Assembly: GCF_006345805.1 (NCBI RefSeq)
Contig: NC_043012.1
Coordinates: 38,874,001 to 38,938,000, forward strand
Length of the DNA: 64,000 nt
Direction of reading: 5' to 3'
DNA from: Octopus sinensis
Lineage: Eukaryota
Shown here: positions 12,165 through 25,885 of the stretch, piece by piece
How positions within the stretch are numbered: the first letter of the stretch is position 1
How the letters are laid out: every line of letters begins with the position of its first letter
Notes under the pieces: generated by a model
Told to the model about the DNA's origin: nothing
Databases searched by the model: none
The model's input: the letters and a program-made list of their open reading frames with translations, nothing else
Translations under genes and position numbers: made by a program

Positions 12165-13260
12165 CTGCTACGAAGTAGGTTCATCTGGGACTCTCGACAG
12201 GAAGAGATCCAGTTTTGTTTTGAAATCTTCTTCCTCTTTGAAACCTACTTCCAATATGTGTAGGTCCCTCAGGCTCTTTCGGAGAATATTAAAAGGCTGT
12301 GGGCACTTGAAACCCAGGTAACTGGTTCTGAAGCGCGACAGCAGTGTTGAGATCTTTGGCACTGAGCCGCGATGACTCGTTCAGGCATTTGTGTAGCTTT
12401 CAATACCAAAATTTGGCAGAATTCCTGCCAGCATCTTCCAGATGTATATTATTGCATATCTCTCCCGCCTTCCCTCCAGGGACTAGGGTCTTATCTGTTT
12501 CAGCCTTTCCCAGTAGCTGAGCTGTTGCAATGAGGCGATCTTCTTTGTGTAGCTTCGCTGGCTTTTTTCAAGGTCTGCTGTCAATTTTACGCTGTGGGAT
12601 GACCATAGTTGGGAGCAGTAGTCCAGGCGGCTAAAGACGAATGTCCTCCAGAGACCATCATGACTTCCTTCTCTCTGGTTCTGAAGGGTCACAGCACCCA
12701 GCCAGCCAGCCGTCTGCACTTTGTCGCCATCTTGTTCACTTGTTCACTTGCAAAGCAAGGTATATTACGTCCACATTTGTGTTGTTTAGTAACTGCCTCA
12801 ACACCCAGTTATAGTGCTGTAAGACCTGGGTCAGGCAGCTCCTACCTGGTCGAAAACCATGCTAAGTATCACTCAGCAAGTTGTTTTCTTCAATGAATGC
12901 GATTAGTTTCCCTCTAACTATCCGTTCCATGATTTTGCTACTGTGTGAAGTCAGAGAGATAGGCCTATAGTTTTTGGCATCTACTCTGCTTCCTTCTTTA
13001 TGGATTGGGCTCTTTTATTGCTTCCTTCAGCTTGCTTGGCAGCCTGCCATTTGCAAGAAAACTCTGAAAGAGAATCACTAGTGGTTTTACCAAGTCTCTG
13101 GTGGTTTTACTAAATTTGCACAATTTGAGGAGGATTGCTGGAAAACGATCTGGGCTAGCAGCTGAGTTTGCGTATGATACTTTCTTCCCCAATGTCGATG
13201 TATTCTATCGTAACTGCCTCCTCAGTTGTAGGTGAGTCGGCAAAGAAATACACTGGTTCG
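12165..13260 (-). mobile_element. CR1-clade LINE remnant with RT core deleted
   Basis: The minus strand reads ...NYRPISLTSHSSKIMERIV...HGFRPGRSCLTQ..., then a deletion, then FSRLDYCSQLWS...LSYWERLK...FKTKLDLFLSRVPDEP. These are typical CR1 ORF2 segments. Confidence 0.85.
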
Positions 13261-13520
13261 TCGCACATTTCTGAGGAAGTAGTTGACACATTTCTATTGC
13301 ATGCCTTTTAGTTGAATCGATTCATTGACCTATTGACAAAAGTACTATGAGACATATTGGTGATTTATACTAGACATTCTCATTAAAGCCATTAGCGAAA
13401 ATTGAATCTAACAGTCGAAGTGTTTTTGTTTCTTTTTTTCACTAAAGTAGTCGTTCCTTGATGTACTTGTCTCAGATTCAACACCTCCTCCATAGATCAG
13501 GTCAATTGCCAAACATATAC

Positions 13521-13555
<35 letters not shown>

Positions 13556-14289
13556 GAACACAAACACTGAAACATACAACTTCCCACTATTCTGTATGTA
13601 GATCTTCACACACGCATACACTCACACATATATGTCTTTACACATATGTATATATATATATGTATATATGTACGTATGTATATCTACACACACATAATTG
13701 TGTATACTGTGACAGACACGCGCGCACGCATTCTAGCTGATGCAATATTTCCTCTATCTGTCCCTTACATAACATATTGCTTAGTTATTGAGACTATAAA
13801 TGTCGATTAAACTTTCTTTCTCGCCAAATTTCTTCCGTATTACCTCCCTTTCTCACTTGGCGACAGATTGATTGCGGCAAATCAATAAAATTATTGCGAG
13901 TAATTCTGTGATTTATCCTCAGAGCAGCAAACACAGGCCAGTTATTGTTAGCCATGATTCTACACTGTTATCTAATGTCTGTTCTGACCTTGTCTTTGTA
14001 AATTCTTGTAAATGCTAGAATTTGAAGACAGAAATGATGTTACGCTATATCGAGACTACCTCAGTAAATATCTATAGAAATATCACATGAGACTGTTGTA
14101 AATTCCAGTATTACGAATACTATTCATAGTTAGCCACGTCAGCAAATGTCTGTAGGAACCCAGTCTAAATAAGTTATGGTGAATTCTTAAATTGGAAGAC
14201 CCCGATAACAGTTCTATCTTTCAAGAACTTCTTTTGCATATTATGGCAATAGAACTGGCGGAGGACCGTTTTGGTTATTTGTATTCTTC

Positions 14290-14640
14290 TCCCTGTATTA
14301 GCTATGTTTGTATATTGTTATCTATGTTCGTACAGTGTTAGCCACACCTGTACAATATTGCTATGTCTGTACAATGTTACCTACGCGTGTATGGGGCTAG
14401 CAGTGTCTGCACATTATTAACTGTGTCTTTACTAAGTTGTGTATGTAGGGTTAGTTATGTGTGCACTGTATTAGTGATGCCTGTACAGTTGTTAGCTAGG
14501 TCTCTATTCGATTAGCAGTATGCCTGTACAAATTTATCTACGTCTGTACATTATTAGCAGTGTGTAATGTATTATCTGTCTACACAGCCTGCGGTATAGC
14601 TTTATGTTCTGCTATGTCTGTACAGCGCTAGTTATGTTTA
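14290..14640. repeat. Degenerate ~20-bp minisatellite (consensus near tgttagctatgtctgtaca)
   Basis: Recurrent ttagc/tatgtctgtaca units at roughly 19-22 bp spacing. Confidence 0.7.
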
Positions 14641-15489
14641 AACTTGTCCAAGAGACCATTTGTAAATTCAGTAATTACAGTCACCAATGAATGTCATCTA
14701 CGTCTGGTCTTCGCTGCGATTGTCTTTGAATGCTTTCTTCATTATTCACAATCCTGAAACAGCAGACTAGTAAATATCATTAGGTTATGACTTTATATTT
14801 AAGAAAGTGTGGAAAATTGTATATTTGAGACACACCTGTTATATATCGACGTCTGTGATGTTAAATTTCTTCCCAGCAGTTATTTTCTCAACAATAAATA
14901 CTTGTTAATCGTATAACGTAAATAGGTTGCAATTTGCCTGGAATATGAACAAATTAAATGCTTATATTGTTTTATATTGGTTTAATTGGGAAATAATTCG
15001 ACTCTGATCTTGAATTATGAGTGTTCCCACCTCGACCGAATGGTGCTCTGACCACGAAACTTAAGGGGTCTGCCCATGAATCTCAAGTGCTATGACCAGG
15101 AAACGAAAATGCTTTCAGCGTAAACCTAAACTGCTACAAACTTCTAAAACATCTGAACCCATTCCCATTGCTATTTATTTTATTCAAGATACAATCATTA
15201 TCCTTAAATATTTTCTTACTACTTACAATGGCAGAGTCATTAGATTACAGTTGAGTAAGTTTTCTATTTCCTGGTGAACGGTATTTGTAGAGATATTAAT
15301 TAAATCAGCTTGATTATAGGTTGCACCTCTCATCTGATGTTTCAAAAGATTTATATTAAACCAAACGAGAAAACCTCTACGTAAACTTGCGTCTTGCTAG
15401 AAATAACAAACCCATCACTGTCAAACCAGGCGTTATGTGACAAAAAATCCGCTGGTAGTAATAGTTTGAAATTATAAAAGGATAGGCAT

Positions 15490-15684
15490 GGAAGAAGAAG
15501 AAGAAGAAGAAGAAGAAGAAGAAGAAGAAGAAGAAGAAGAAGAAGAAGAAGAAGAGAAGAAGAGAAGAAGAAGAAGAAGAAGAAGAGAGAAGAAGAAGAG
15601 AAGAAGAAGAAGAAGAAGAAGAAGAAGAAGAAGAAGAAGAAGAAGAAGAAGAAGAAGAAGAAGAAGAAGAAGAAGAAGAAGAAC
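15490..15684 (+). repeat. (GAA)n microsatellite
   Basis: Direct reading. Confidence 0.98.
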
Positions 15685-16176
15685 GCTTTTGGTCAATGTA
15701 CAACTTCTGTGATTGCAATAGAGATGTTTTCGCTTAAAGTACACAGAGGCCAGAAGGTGGCGCTGCTAAACCAGGTGACAAGTCTATCTAGCAAGATGAA
15801 CAAAAGATTGGCCAGCCTGGATCTCAAGCTTGATTAAAAAGACAGACAAAAAGTAATAAAAACAATGCCAAAAACAATAATAACAACAGATTTATTTGAA
15901 TCTATATTTCATTGAGGACATGGCATTGGTATTAAGCGTCAAAAACATTCGATTGAATTGGGTGGAATCGGTCGCGAAAAACACTGGCCTTCTATTGATT
16001 AGTGGCTCTTATGAAAGGGCGTTGATTTCCAAACGTCTGGTCTTGTATTGATTTCGATCAGAACTATGAAGTCGTATTATCTTGGTTGTGTATCGAGATC
16101 ACTTGATTTGGCACACTGTGTACATACATATATTCAAACATACATATACGTTTGTATATATGTATGTATGTTATAT

Positions 16177-16219
<43 letters not shown>

Positions 16220-17371
16220 GTATATGTATATGTATATGTATATATATACATACATGCATACATACATACATAAACGCCTGTATAACAAAATAAACGTATA
16301 TTATTCATATAGACTCGCACACAGAGAGCAAGATAAATTGAGAGAATGCATGGTGTTTGTGTGTGTATAACTATATATATATATATATATATATTTATAA
16401 TCACACACATGCACACACATACACACACACACACCTAGTCATATATATCATCGTGACTTTGACAGCCTCTAAACATACCTTTATACACCTACCAGAATTT
16501 AGTGTTATTCACCTTGTATTTTGTGAACTTGCCATGATTATCGAATGTCTGGAATTGCATTATTAGTATTAACATAGAAAATGGCTAGTTGCGATGATGG
16601 TGGTGGTGGTGGTGCTGGTGAGGGTGAGGGTAGAGGGAATAAAGTGACATTCGGCTGTCAACGTCTGAAGTGGCATTAATTTGGTAATGTCTGCCGTTTC
16701 ATTAATTTGTCAGCGGCGTAGCGAATAACATTGCCTAGGTGGTGGCGTCTAGAAAATGACCTTTCACATATCAGCGTCTGTTAGAGATATTGACAAGAAA
16801 CCTTGTTCCAATACAATATTTCTTTTCATGCCACATAGAATCAGGAATCAGTTCGAAGAATCTACGTAAAATATACGTGCTTAGAGAAAAACATCAGCTT
16901 CGTGTGTCTGACACGGTTGTAATTCAGTCGGTCAGACAACTAGCTTTATATAATTACAATAGAGCAGGACGTGCTGCTGTTGATCTTTAAGTAGAATCAA
17001 CTCCAAGAAAAAGCTAACTCAAAACTAACTCGTCCACTTTCACATCATTCGGCAAATCAAATACGACTAAGCTAAGATGCTCCTCTCCCTCATTTGTAAA
17101 TAAGCACCGTAATAGTATTTAAACAATAGCGAATAGCTAATTTCTACAAGATCTGCTTCGTGTATTTTTAAAACGAACTGTAGCGCAGCGGAACAATACT
17201 TTTGCCCACAATTGTTAAATGTATTCTATTAAATCTGAGGACAACATTCACATATGGAAGAGATACTTATCGATGAGATAGATTTTTTTTCAAACACTTC
17301 TGAACAAATATAATTCTATCTTACATTTACTGTGCATTTCTCTCGCTGTTCTTTGCTGTATTTACCAACAG

Positions 17372-17559
17372 ATTTCTCGCAACCAATGTTTGGTTTGGTG
17401 GGGATGGCTACTTTGGAAGATAACAGTTCATTTACGTATCATTTACTCTTCAAGATTACAATGGGATTTCTCACAGATTACTTTAGCCTCACGATAGGAG
17501 TCAAGACGCAGGAAATTAATGAAACACTTGTCAACTTTACAGTGCTGCCACTGCCGAAG
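17372..17559 (+). CDS. Candidate internal coding exon of an unidentified host gene
   Basis: A long pyrimidine tract ends ...tttaccaacAG, followed by a 188-nt open frame (DFSQPMFGLVGMATLEDNSSFTYHLLFKITMGFLTDYFSLTIGVKTQEINETLVNFTVLPLPK) and the donor AAG|gttatg. The sequence is not repetitive. Confidence 0.35.
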
Positions 17560-17749
17560 GTTATGATTCGTGGATGTTACTTATTTAGATGTTTATATCT
17601 TGGCTCAAACGACAAATATTCTTGTCAGCGCAGTGGTGCTGACAAAACAGAGAGGATCAGCTTCTCGTTTTCCGACACATCTACATAATATTCTTGATCG
17701 TATACATGACCCACGAATAGCTTCTATGTAGCTGTTAGGGCGGCGGCGG

Positions 17750-18003
17750 GAGGTGCGTGGGTTAGTGATTAGAATATTTGGCTCACGATTCCTGGCAGCG
17801 CGTTTTGTCTTTGAGCAAGACACCATATGTCTTCTTGCTCCAGTTCATTCAGCTGGCAAAAATGTGTTGTACCAGTAATTCAAAGGGGCCGGCCACGTCT
17901 CATTCAGTATCACGCTGAATCCCCCTGAGAACTATGTGAATGATATGCGCGATCAGTCACTTGATCGTTATATCACGAGCCGGATCAACCGACGGAGTGC
18001 CAT
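17750..18003 (+). mobile_element. Old SINE sharing the family B tail
   Basis: Degenerate tRNA head, ttgagcaagacac, and tail tcacgctgaatcc..ctgagaact..gacggagtgcca. Confidence 0.65.
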
Positions 18004-18558
18004 ATTTATTCGGACACCGTGAAATGGCAGCTACATATCCGTCAAACGCTAATCCACGATTTCAAAGCAAGAATATTGGTTTCCATTGACTAGAGTAGAT
18101 TATTCTTAGAAATGGTGAAGGGTATGAGGCACGGCTGGAAAGCCTCTAAAGTATAATCTGGTTGATCTGCTGCTAAACAAAAATTTCGTTATAGAAGACA
18201 GTTTTATAGAAACGATTGATCGAATCGAAGTAAAAAACATTATTTATAAAGGGATAAAAAAAAGATTTAAAGTCCAAACTCTTAGGACAGCAACCATACT
18301 TTTCTAGAAAACTCATTGACTACCTTCCTCAATTATTTGCTCTTACTTCTACTCAATTCTGTGTTTAGCTTTATTAAAGCATTGCACTTTGATTCAAATT
18401 TCGTTGATGCCGTAATAGAAGTAGAAAGTAATATAACTAATATTAATTAATAAATCAATTAATTAATAAAATTTGTTCATTTCCCCTCCCATAACATGGA
18501 TGTCACAAAAAATCGGAATGGTTTTCTGTTGATATTCCCCGTATATAGAAGGGTAATG

Positions 18559-18780
18559 TACGAGGGGTGAGGCTGAAAAGTTCCTGGCTTTGGGTAAAAA
18601 AAAAATACGGGAGGATCTGTTAATTATGATTTTATTCAACACAATCCCCTCTTAGACTGACAGAATTACTGCATCAATCCTTCAGTTTTTCTAAGCCCTA
18701 TAAAAGAACTCGGGGTTTGGGCCTTCAACCTTGCCTTTCGCGATAGCCTTAAAGCCAGGAAGTTTTCAGCACCCCTTTTA
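18559..18780 (-). mobile_element. Mariner-derived MITE
   Basis: TIRs of about 27 bp (gggtgctgaaaagttcctggcttt) with TA at the left end. A second copy lies in opposite orientation at 42543-42751. Confidence 0.75.
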
Positions 18781-19149
18781 CAGAATTGGGGCCAATATGG
18801 AATGCTAGTGAGAACAACGGGGACCTTCTTTGAAATCTTCTGTAAATCGCACCCTATTCTCATTAGATGATGGAAGGACACGTTACGTAATATACTCTTT
18901 GATAAACTAAGCCAAAAAAGAAGAGTGGCATGGGGACGACATCATCCTATATTCCTTGAAGGACACTACTTTTTGGTTATAAGCAACAAAAACAATGACG
19001 ATGACTAGAAGGACGATGACAGCAACAGGATCGATGACAATAGAACTTCGCGGTCGCATCGATAACCGGAAGTTCCTATCACTGCCATTTTAGTTTCTTC
19101 TAACATATGTCTATGGTTGCCGAATGACAAACAGTTTTTTAATTCTCAA

Positions 19150-20158
19150 TGAAAATGGTTTCAAATTTTGGCGTAAGGCCAGCAATTTCGCGCCCCCACT
19201 GCTCAGCTGGTACTTATTTCATTGACCCCGAAAAAACGAAAGGTGAAGTCGACCTTGCAGGAATCTGAACTAAGAACGTAAAGGTGGATGAAATACCGCT
19301 AAGCATTTTCCGCACCCTGCTAACCAATCTGCCAGATCCCCACCTTCGGCTGCTGAATAAATATTAGTATCAAACATTTGCACAAAACCAGGAGTTTTTT
19401 TCGGATGGTGTACGTCAATGCCATGGACCTCATTGCTTACTTTATCGAACGCGTAAGGACGAAGGCAAAGTCCACCTGGGCAATATTTGAACTCAGAATG
19501 TAATGGCGGACGAAATACTGGAGATCACGTTGTCCGGCACGGTAACAATTCTGCCAGCTCTCTGTCTTCTGCTGTTGTGTGAATATTGCAATATAAAATT
19601 CTGAATTATTTGCGGTCAGCTGAAATTCCATCAACAGCAGCGATTATGGAACTAAGAAAGCATTTGCTAACCAGGTGTCCTTGTTCACGTCAGTTTGGGA
19701 ACAGAATAATCAAACGTGTCCTTCAAATCAAGATTCTGCTTCAACTGGAATTGACAATATCTGTTTTCGGCAGAATCCTGTCAGTTTTTGATTGGTTTCG
19801 CAAATATCTCGTTAATATTAGACCATATGTTACAACTAGGCATCTGCTAGATTTGAATGTGACAGCCTAGGAGCATCAACATGGTTGATGAACCTGCTAG
19901 AAATAGCAGGTAAATCTACTTCAAATCAGACATTCTTAGGAACGGTACCAAATTTTAACGCAAGCCAGCAGTTTTTAAGGGAGAGCCTAAGTTGATTGCA
20001 TTGATCGTCGTCCTTAAATGTTACTTATTTCGTCGTTCTTGACCGGATGAATAGCAAAGTCGACATTGGCGGAATTTGAACTCGGAACGTAAAAACGGAC
20101 GAAATACTGCTAAGTATTTTCTCCAGCTTGATCAAATGTTCTGAAGGCTGGTTGCCTT
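19150..20158 (-). mobile_element. Three diverged SINE family A copies (about 19150-19340, 19385-19560, 19950-20158)
   Basis: Each carries the gaccccgaa..aaagtcgac..ggaatttgaactc core. Confidence 0.75.
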
Positions 20159-20509
20159 ACACATTCCTAACAACGAAAGCAAAAACCATTGGTTAACATA
20201 GTTCTAGAGACACAGAAAAGAAAAAGCAACGAACGCGACCGAAACTCATCGGTCTGTTCGATCTGGTCTGGTCTATTAATAAACAACGGCGCAAACACTT
20301 CTTCACTTTCTTCTTAAACATACGTTTATAGACGACATCTAATATTTCGACGCAGTTTTAATACTTCGAAATCTTCAGATCCAGTCGACTATAATTTATT
20401 ACCAATTCTTGTCGCTGCTTGGAATACCTACTCAAATGTTGTCATCATTTGCACATTCTATACGCTTCTGTCTAGCTTCTTTCTGGCACAACATTTAATC
20501 ACACAATCT

Positions 20510-21101
20510 CCTCCTCCTCCTCCTCCACCTCCCTTTCTTCTTCAACTTCGTCGTCTTTTCATGTATTCTTACTTAGTTTGCTTCTTCGTCCTTTCTATCT
20601 TCATCTTCATCGACTTCTTCTTCGTCTCTTTAGACTTCATCCCCTTCGTCCTCTTCCTCTTCATCTTCCTCTTTGTCTTCTTTATCGTCTTCGTTTCTTT
20701 CTTCTTTCTATCCGCCTTCGTCATCATCTCACTTCGTCTTCCTTTGTTTTCGCCGTAATCCTTTTTTCTTCTTCTTCTTCTTCTTCTCTTCTTCTCTTCT
20801 TCTTCTTCTTCTTCTTCTTCTTCTTCTTCTTCTTCACATTCTTCTTCTTCTTCTTCTTCGCCTCGTTCTTCTTCTTCGCCTTGTTCTTGTTCTTGTTGTT
20901 GTTCTTCTTCTTCCTCGCCTTGTTCTTCTTCACATTCTACTTCTTCTTCTTCTTCTTCTTCCTCGCCTTGTTCTTCTTCACATTCTTCTTCTTCTTCTTC
21001 TTCTTCCTCGCCTTGTTCTTCTTCACATTCTTCTTCTTCTTCTTCTTCCTCGCCTTGTTCTTCTTCTTCTTCTTCTTCTTCTTCTTCTTCTTCTTCTTCT
21101 T

Positions 21102-21132
<31 letters not shown>

Positions 21133-21135
21133 TTC
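20510..21135 (+). repeat. Compound (TTC)n/(CTT)n microsatellite with a ~42-bp higher-order unit
   Basis: Direct reading. It explains the poly-F, poly-L and poly-K ORFs in the track. Confidence 0.95.
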
Positions 21136-22302
21136 TTGTTTTCCACGTGTTGTCTTATCCTCTTCAAAGACCATTAATAGCAGAACAAGCTTTATGCTCT
21201 CAGAAAAAATGTATAAGGGATTCTATTTTGTTGAAGTGTATTTTGAAGTTTTCTGGTAAAAGGATATTAATTTCAATTGTGGAATGCCAAGTGTCCATAT
21301 AAGGATTACCACAAAGTTGAAGTGATATTTATGTTGTGATTCTGTGACTTGTAACCAAGCAACTGAAGTGAGGTGTTATATTAAATTTAGCAAGGGGGAC
21401 TTTACTGCGGAAGTATCTCAGGAGCCGGGTTAGCAACCATTCATTTGATAAGTTTTCACTTAAAGAGGCCGAAATAGTAGCTAAATAATATGTATAATGC
21501 CACGAATTCCCGGGTTTTAAATGACATATCGTCTGAAATGTACTGCATGAACAAAGGTGTGGTGGCCATAGCTGGAACTTTGTTGGATGAGGCTTACAAC
21601 ATCAAGAACAAGCACACATTAATTGTTATTGAACTAGTTCAAAAGAAAATAAATCTATTTGTATCTAATAAACGAACTTTCATTAGAGAGTTTGATATGA
21701 TGTTTTAGAATACTAGTTGTGGCTCTCTGGGTACTGAGCTCAAATCTTGTCGTAAGTGACTTCGCCTTTCACTCATGCAGGGTCGATAATCAAATGCTCA
21801 ACTCCCTCCCTCTCTCTCTCCCTTTCATACGTTCTTTTTCTCTCCTACTTTCTCTCTCTATCTCTCTTCTACTTTCTCCTTCCCTCTCACCCTCGAGGAG
21901 CCCATAAATCTGTCTTGCTATGGCGATTTCTGCTAATCCTTTCAAATGCCAAGCTGTTGACAATACACAAATAGGAAACCTCTGAGAACGTAGTCAAATA
22001 AAGTTAGCTTTTAGTTTTTATATAGTAGTGTGGGCTCAGGTGTTTGGCCGAGCGGTCAGTGGTTCGCATGCAAGATCGAAGGTTCGATTCTTGAACCTCG
22101 TGCTGCAAAGCATTTTATCTCACGTTGCTGTATGATCATTTAGTTATATGATAAGTGGCACGTAGAGGAGTGAGCTTCTGTGAGGCACATAAATTTGATG
22201 ACCATAAACATATCATCCTTGCAGGTGACTCAGCAAAAAGCTGCAGAACCTTCTTCGTCCGACTCGAGAAACAACTTGCATAGCATCACTGTAACATAAC
22301 TT

Positions 22303-22880
22303 AAGGCTGCGGGCTGGCATAAGTGTTTGCACGCTGGGCGAAATGCTTTGTAGTATTCCGTCTGCCATTACGTTCTGACTTCAAATTCCGCTGAGGTCAA
22401 CTTTGCCTTTCATCCTTTCGGGGTCGATTAAATAAGTACCAGTTACGCACTGAAGTCGATATAATCGACTTAATTCGTTTGTCTGTCCTTGTTTGTCCCT
22501 TCTGTGTTTAGCCCCTTGTGGGTAGTAAAGAAATAGGTATTTCGTCGAAATAGGTAGTTCTGAGTTCAAATTCCGCCGAGGTCGACTTTGCCCTTCATCC
22601 TTTCGGGGTCGATTAAATAAGTACCAGTTACGCACGGGAATCGATATAATCGACTTAATTCGTTTGTCTGTCCTTATTTGTCCCCTCTGTGTGTAGTTCC
22701 TTCCGGGCAGTACAAAAATATGAAACGTTAGCACGCCGGGCGAAATGTGCAGCGGTATTTCGTCTGTCTTTACGTTCTGAGTTCAAATTCCACGGAGGTC
22801 GACTTTGATTTTCCTTCTTTCGGGGTTGATCTCCTCCCAAATTTTGGGCCTTGTGTCTAGAGTAGAAAAGAAACTGTAGG
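22303..22880 (+). mobile_element. SINE family A, three units in tandem
   Basis: Head, body and tail, then a second body and tail, then a third unit starting gaaacgttagcacgccggg. This is the same layout as 1831-2445. Confidence 0.88.
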
Positions 22881-23371
22881 TTACAGCAGCTGCGTTTGAC
22901 CATTAAAGTAGGCCAACATGAAATCTGTCGCTGACGTAATCATGAAGGTTTGCTGGATTTTATTCCAGTAAAAGTTTTCAGGAAATCGTACAAAATCTGT
23001 AGCAAAGAACTTGTGTTTTTCATGTAGTTAGAATGTTCCTGGAAATAAACAGGAATTGTTCGATAGCTGCTGTTATAGCTTTCTTCTACATCTAATACAA
23101 CTACTTCAAGAGGAACTGTTCTTGGATTTAGAGTTGCGAAATAATACCAGGATTCTCTCAAAAGCAACAGATTCTTTAGTGGCTTTGGAATTGTTCTGAT
23201 GTTTTTTTTCTCTCTACCTTCATGAATGACATCAATGGAAACGTAATAGACGGGTGAAAGCAAAGCCAACAGAACAGCGCTTGAAATAGCTGGAAAACTG
23301 AATGACTTTCTATGCCGTTTCATAATGAAACACCAGAAAGAAAGCCTCTAAGTGATCTCTCTCGAAATACG

Positions 23372-23464
<93 letters not shown>

Positions 23465-25496
23465 CACACACATTCATATATATATATATATATATATTTA
23501 CATGTATGTATGTGTAAATATATGTATATATACACATATATACATATATATGCATGTATGTATTTGTATACATATGTATGTATGTATGAACGTATATGTA
23601 TAATACGTAAGTGCACACGTGTCCTTCTCATTCAATCTTTTTTCGTTAATCGGGTCCATGTTTCATTTTGAATTTTCTTTTGTACACATCACCCCACCAC
23701 CACCACCACACACACAAACACACATATTTATATATGTATATATAAAAGTATTTATACAAGTTGTAATCATTTGAGTAAAAATATGATTATGTAAATCAGA
23801 TATTTCTGTCAGGAAATTTAACTGGAAGTGAAGAGTTACTTCAAATATCCTTTCTTATGTTTATCCTTTCTGACAACACCCTCTGTCTATCCTTTCTAAG
23901 TCCTTTCCTTTCCAAAATCTATCATTTCTACATACTTTCTTTTTATCAGTCCTTTAATGCCATCCCGATATACTGATAAAAATAGCCTCACAGGAAAAAC
24001 TGAATTTTGGAAATTATATGTATAATTCCTCTCTGACAAAACGTGGCCGCATTTTCCTCATAAAAGCTTTCGTGTGAAAACTGAACATTAAATTTCCTGT
24101 TATTGATCCTCTTTTATTGAGCGTCAGGGAATTTTGCATAAGTCTAATGCCAAATAAATTTCTTCGACACCGACTGCATGATGTATATCACAAACGAAAG
24201 AAAAATTACACGGAATCCACATTGTTCTTAGCCAATACGTACCTACATACACATACATATACACATACATACACATATATACATATACATAAATACGTTC
24301 ATACTTGCATATGTATATATATATATATATATATATAATCGGCAAGATAATGCGAACGTTACAAATGTTGTTGAGAGGTTCTAGTTAAATGAATCCATTT
24401 CCAGTAGGACATTTCTCTTTAATTTTATTTTCATTGTTAATAAGTAGAGGAAGGGCATGTATTCCTCCACTCCCCATTAATTATGTCGAGAAAGCCAGAA
24501 ACGCTCGTGCATTTTAGAAATAAATCAATATTTTGAATAATTCACGATGAAGTAAACTTTATCGTTCTTCCATTCAATTTTTAACATTCTTTGGTATTGG
24601 GGAAAACAGCAAATTGGTTGAATCGTGAAAAGCATTGCAAGGAAGACATTGCCGTATTCGTCGCAATCCGAGTTCAAACTACGACGAGCTTAAAATTTGT
24701 TTTTCAACCTAATCATAACATTAAATAATCTTTTTTCACCCTTTATCTTTAACTCTCTAGACTGCGTTACATGACAGTTAAGTCTCATGGGCTCAGATTG
24801 ACATAAAAGCAAAATCAGTGACAGTATATTGTACGTCCAACTACTGAAGGTCAACGTATCGTACCCTATATCCACTCCACCAGACAGCAACCTAACAAAA
24901 TGACCCCAAGTATCACACCGCATTATTCCGCAGAATACTTGAACAGTTTACGGTATGACTTCGTTGTGTATTATGAAAAACAAACGGAAAGAATTATTTC
25001 AAAAGTTCAATAAGAAGTGTTTAAATTTGTAAATAAGTATCAACAAGCTTTTTGGAAAAATAAGATAAGAATTCATCTGTAAAATATGAAAAGAAGTTTA
25101 CATATGATTGTATTAAAATTTTAACTTAGAAGTGAGAAAAATAAGTGAAACACTCAGTCGATACTCCCTTCGGCCTGTTTGCTTTTATAGTCATCACTTT
25201 CAACGCTTCTCACGAATGCACATCTTGTATAGAACTTAATTATATTTACTACTAAAACTTCTCTTGACGGTTTATATCAGATGTTGATTTTATCATTCAG
25301 CGAAACAAAAAATTATGTAACTAAGATAAAACAACGTTTACAATAATTCCTTCCATAAGTTGTCTTATTGGCGCAACAGTTTTGAGGGAGGATGACAGAA
25401 CAGATGAGAGGATATTTTTGTAAAAAGGTGTTTCAGATGTTTGGAGATAAGGCAAGAAATTACGCATTAATTTTGCATTTATTTACTCTCAAACAT

Positions 25497-25885
25497 ATTC
25501 TTTTACTTGGTTCAGTCATTTGAGTACGACCATGCTGGAGCACCACCTTTAGTCGAATAAACTGACCCCAAGACTTATTCTGTGTAAGCCTTGTGCTTAC
25601 TCTATCGGTCTCTTTTGCTGAAGTACTAATTGACGGGGACGTAAACACACCAGCATCGGTTATCAAGCGATGGTGGGGGAGCAAACACAGACACAATGAA
25701 CACATACATACATATATATATGACGGGCTTCTTTCAGTTTCCCTCTGCCAAATCCACTCACAATGCCTTGGTCGACCCGAGGCTATAGTAGAAGACACTT
25801 GTCCAAGGTGCCACACAGTGGGACTGAACCCGGAACCATGTGGTTGGGAAGCATGCTGTCTTACCATAGAGCCACTCCTGCTCCT
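25497..25885 (-). mobile_element. SINE family C
   Basis: Full-length match to the family at 3355 and 49790. Confidence 0.85.
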
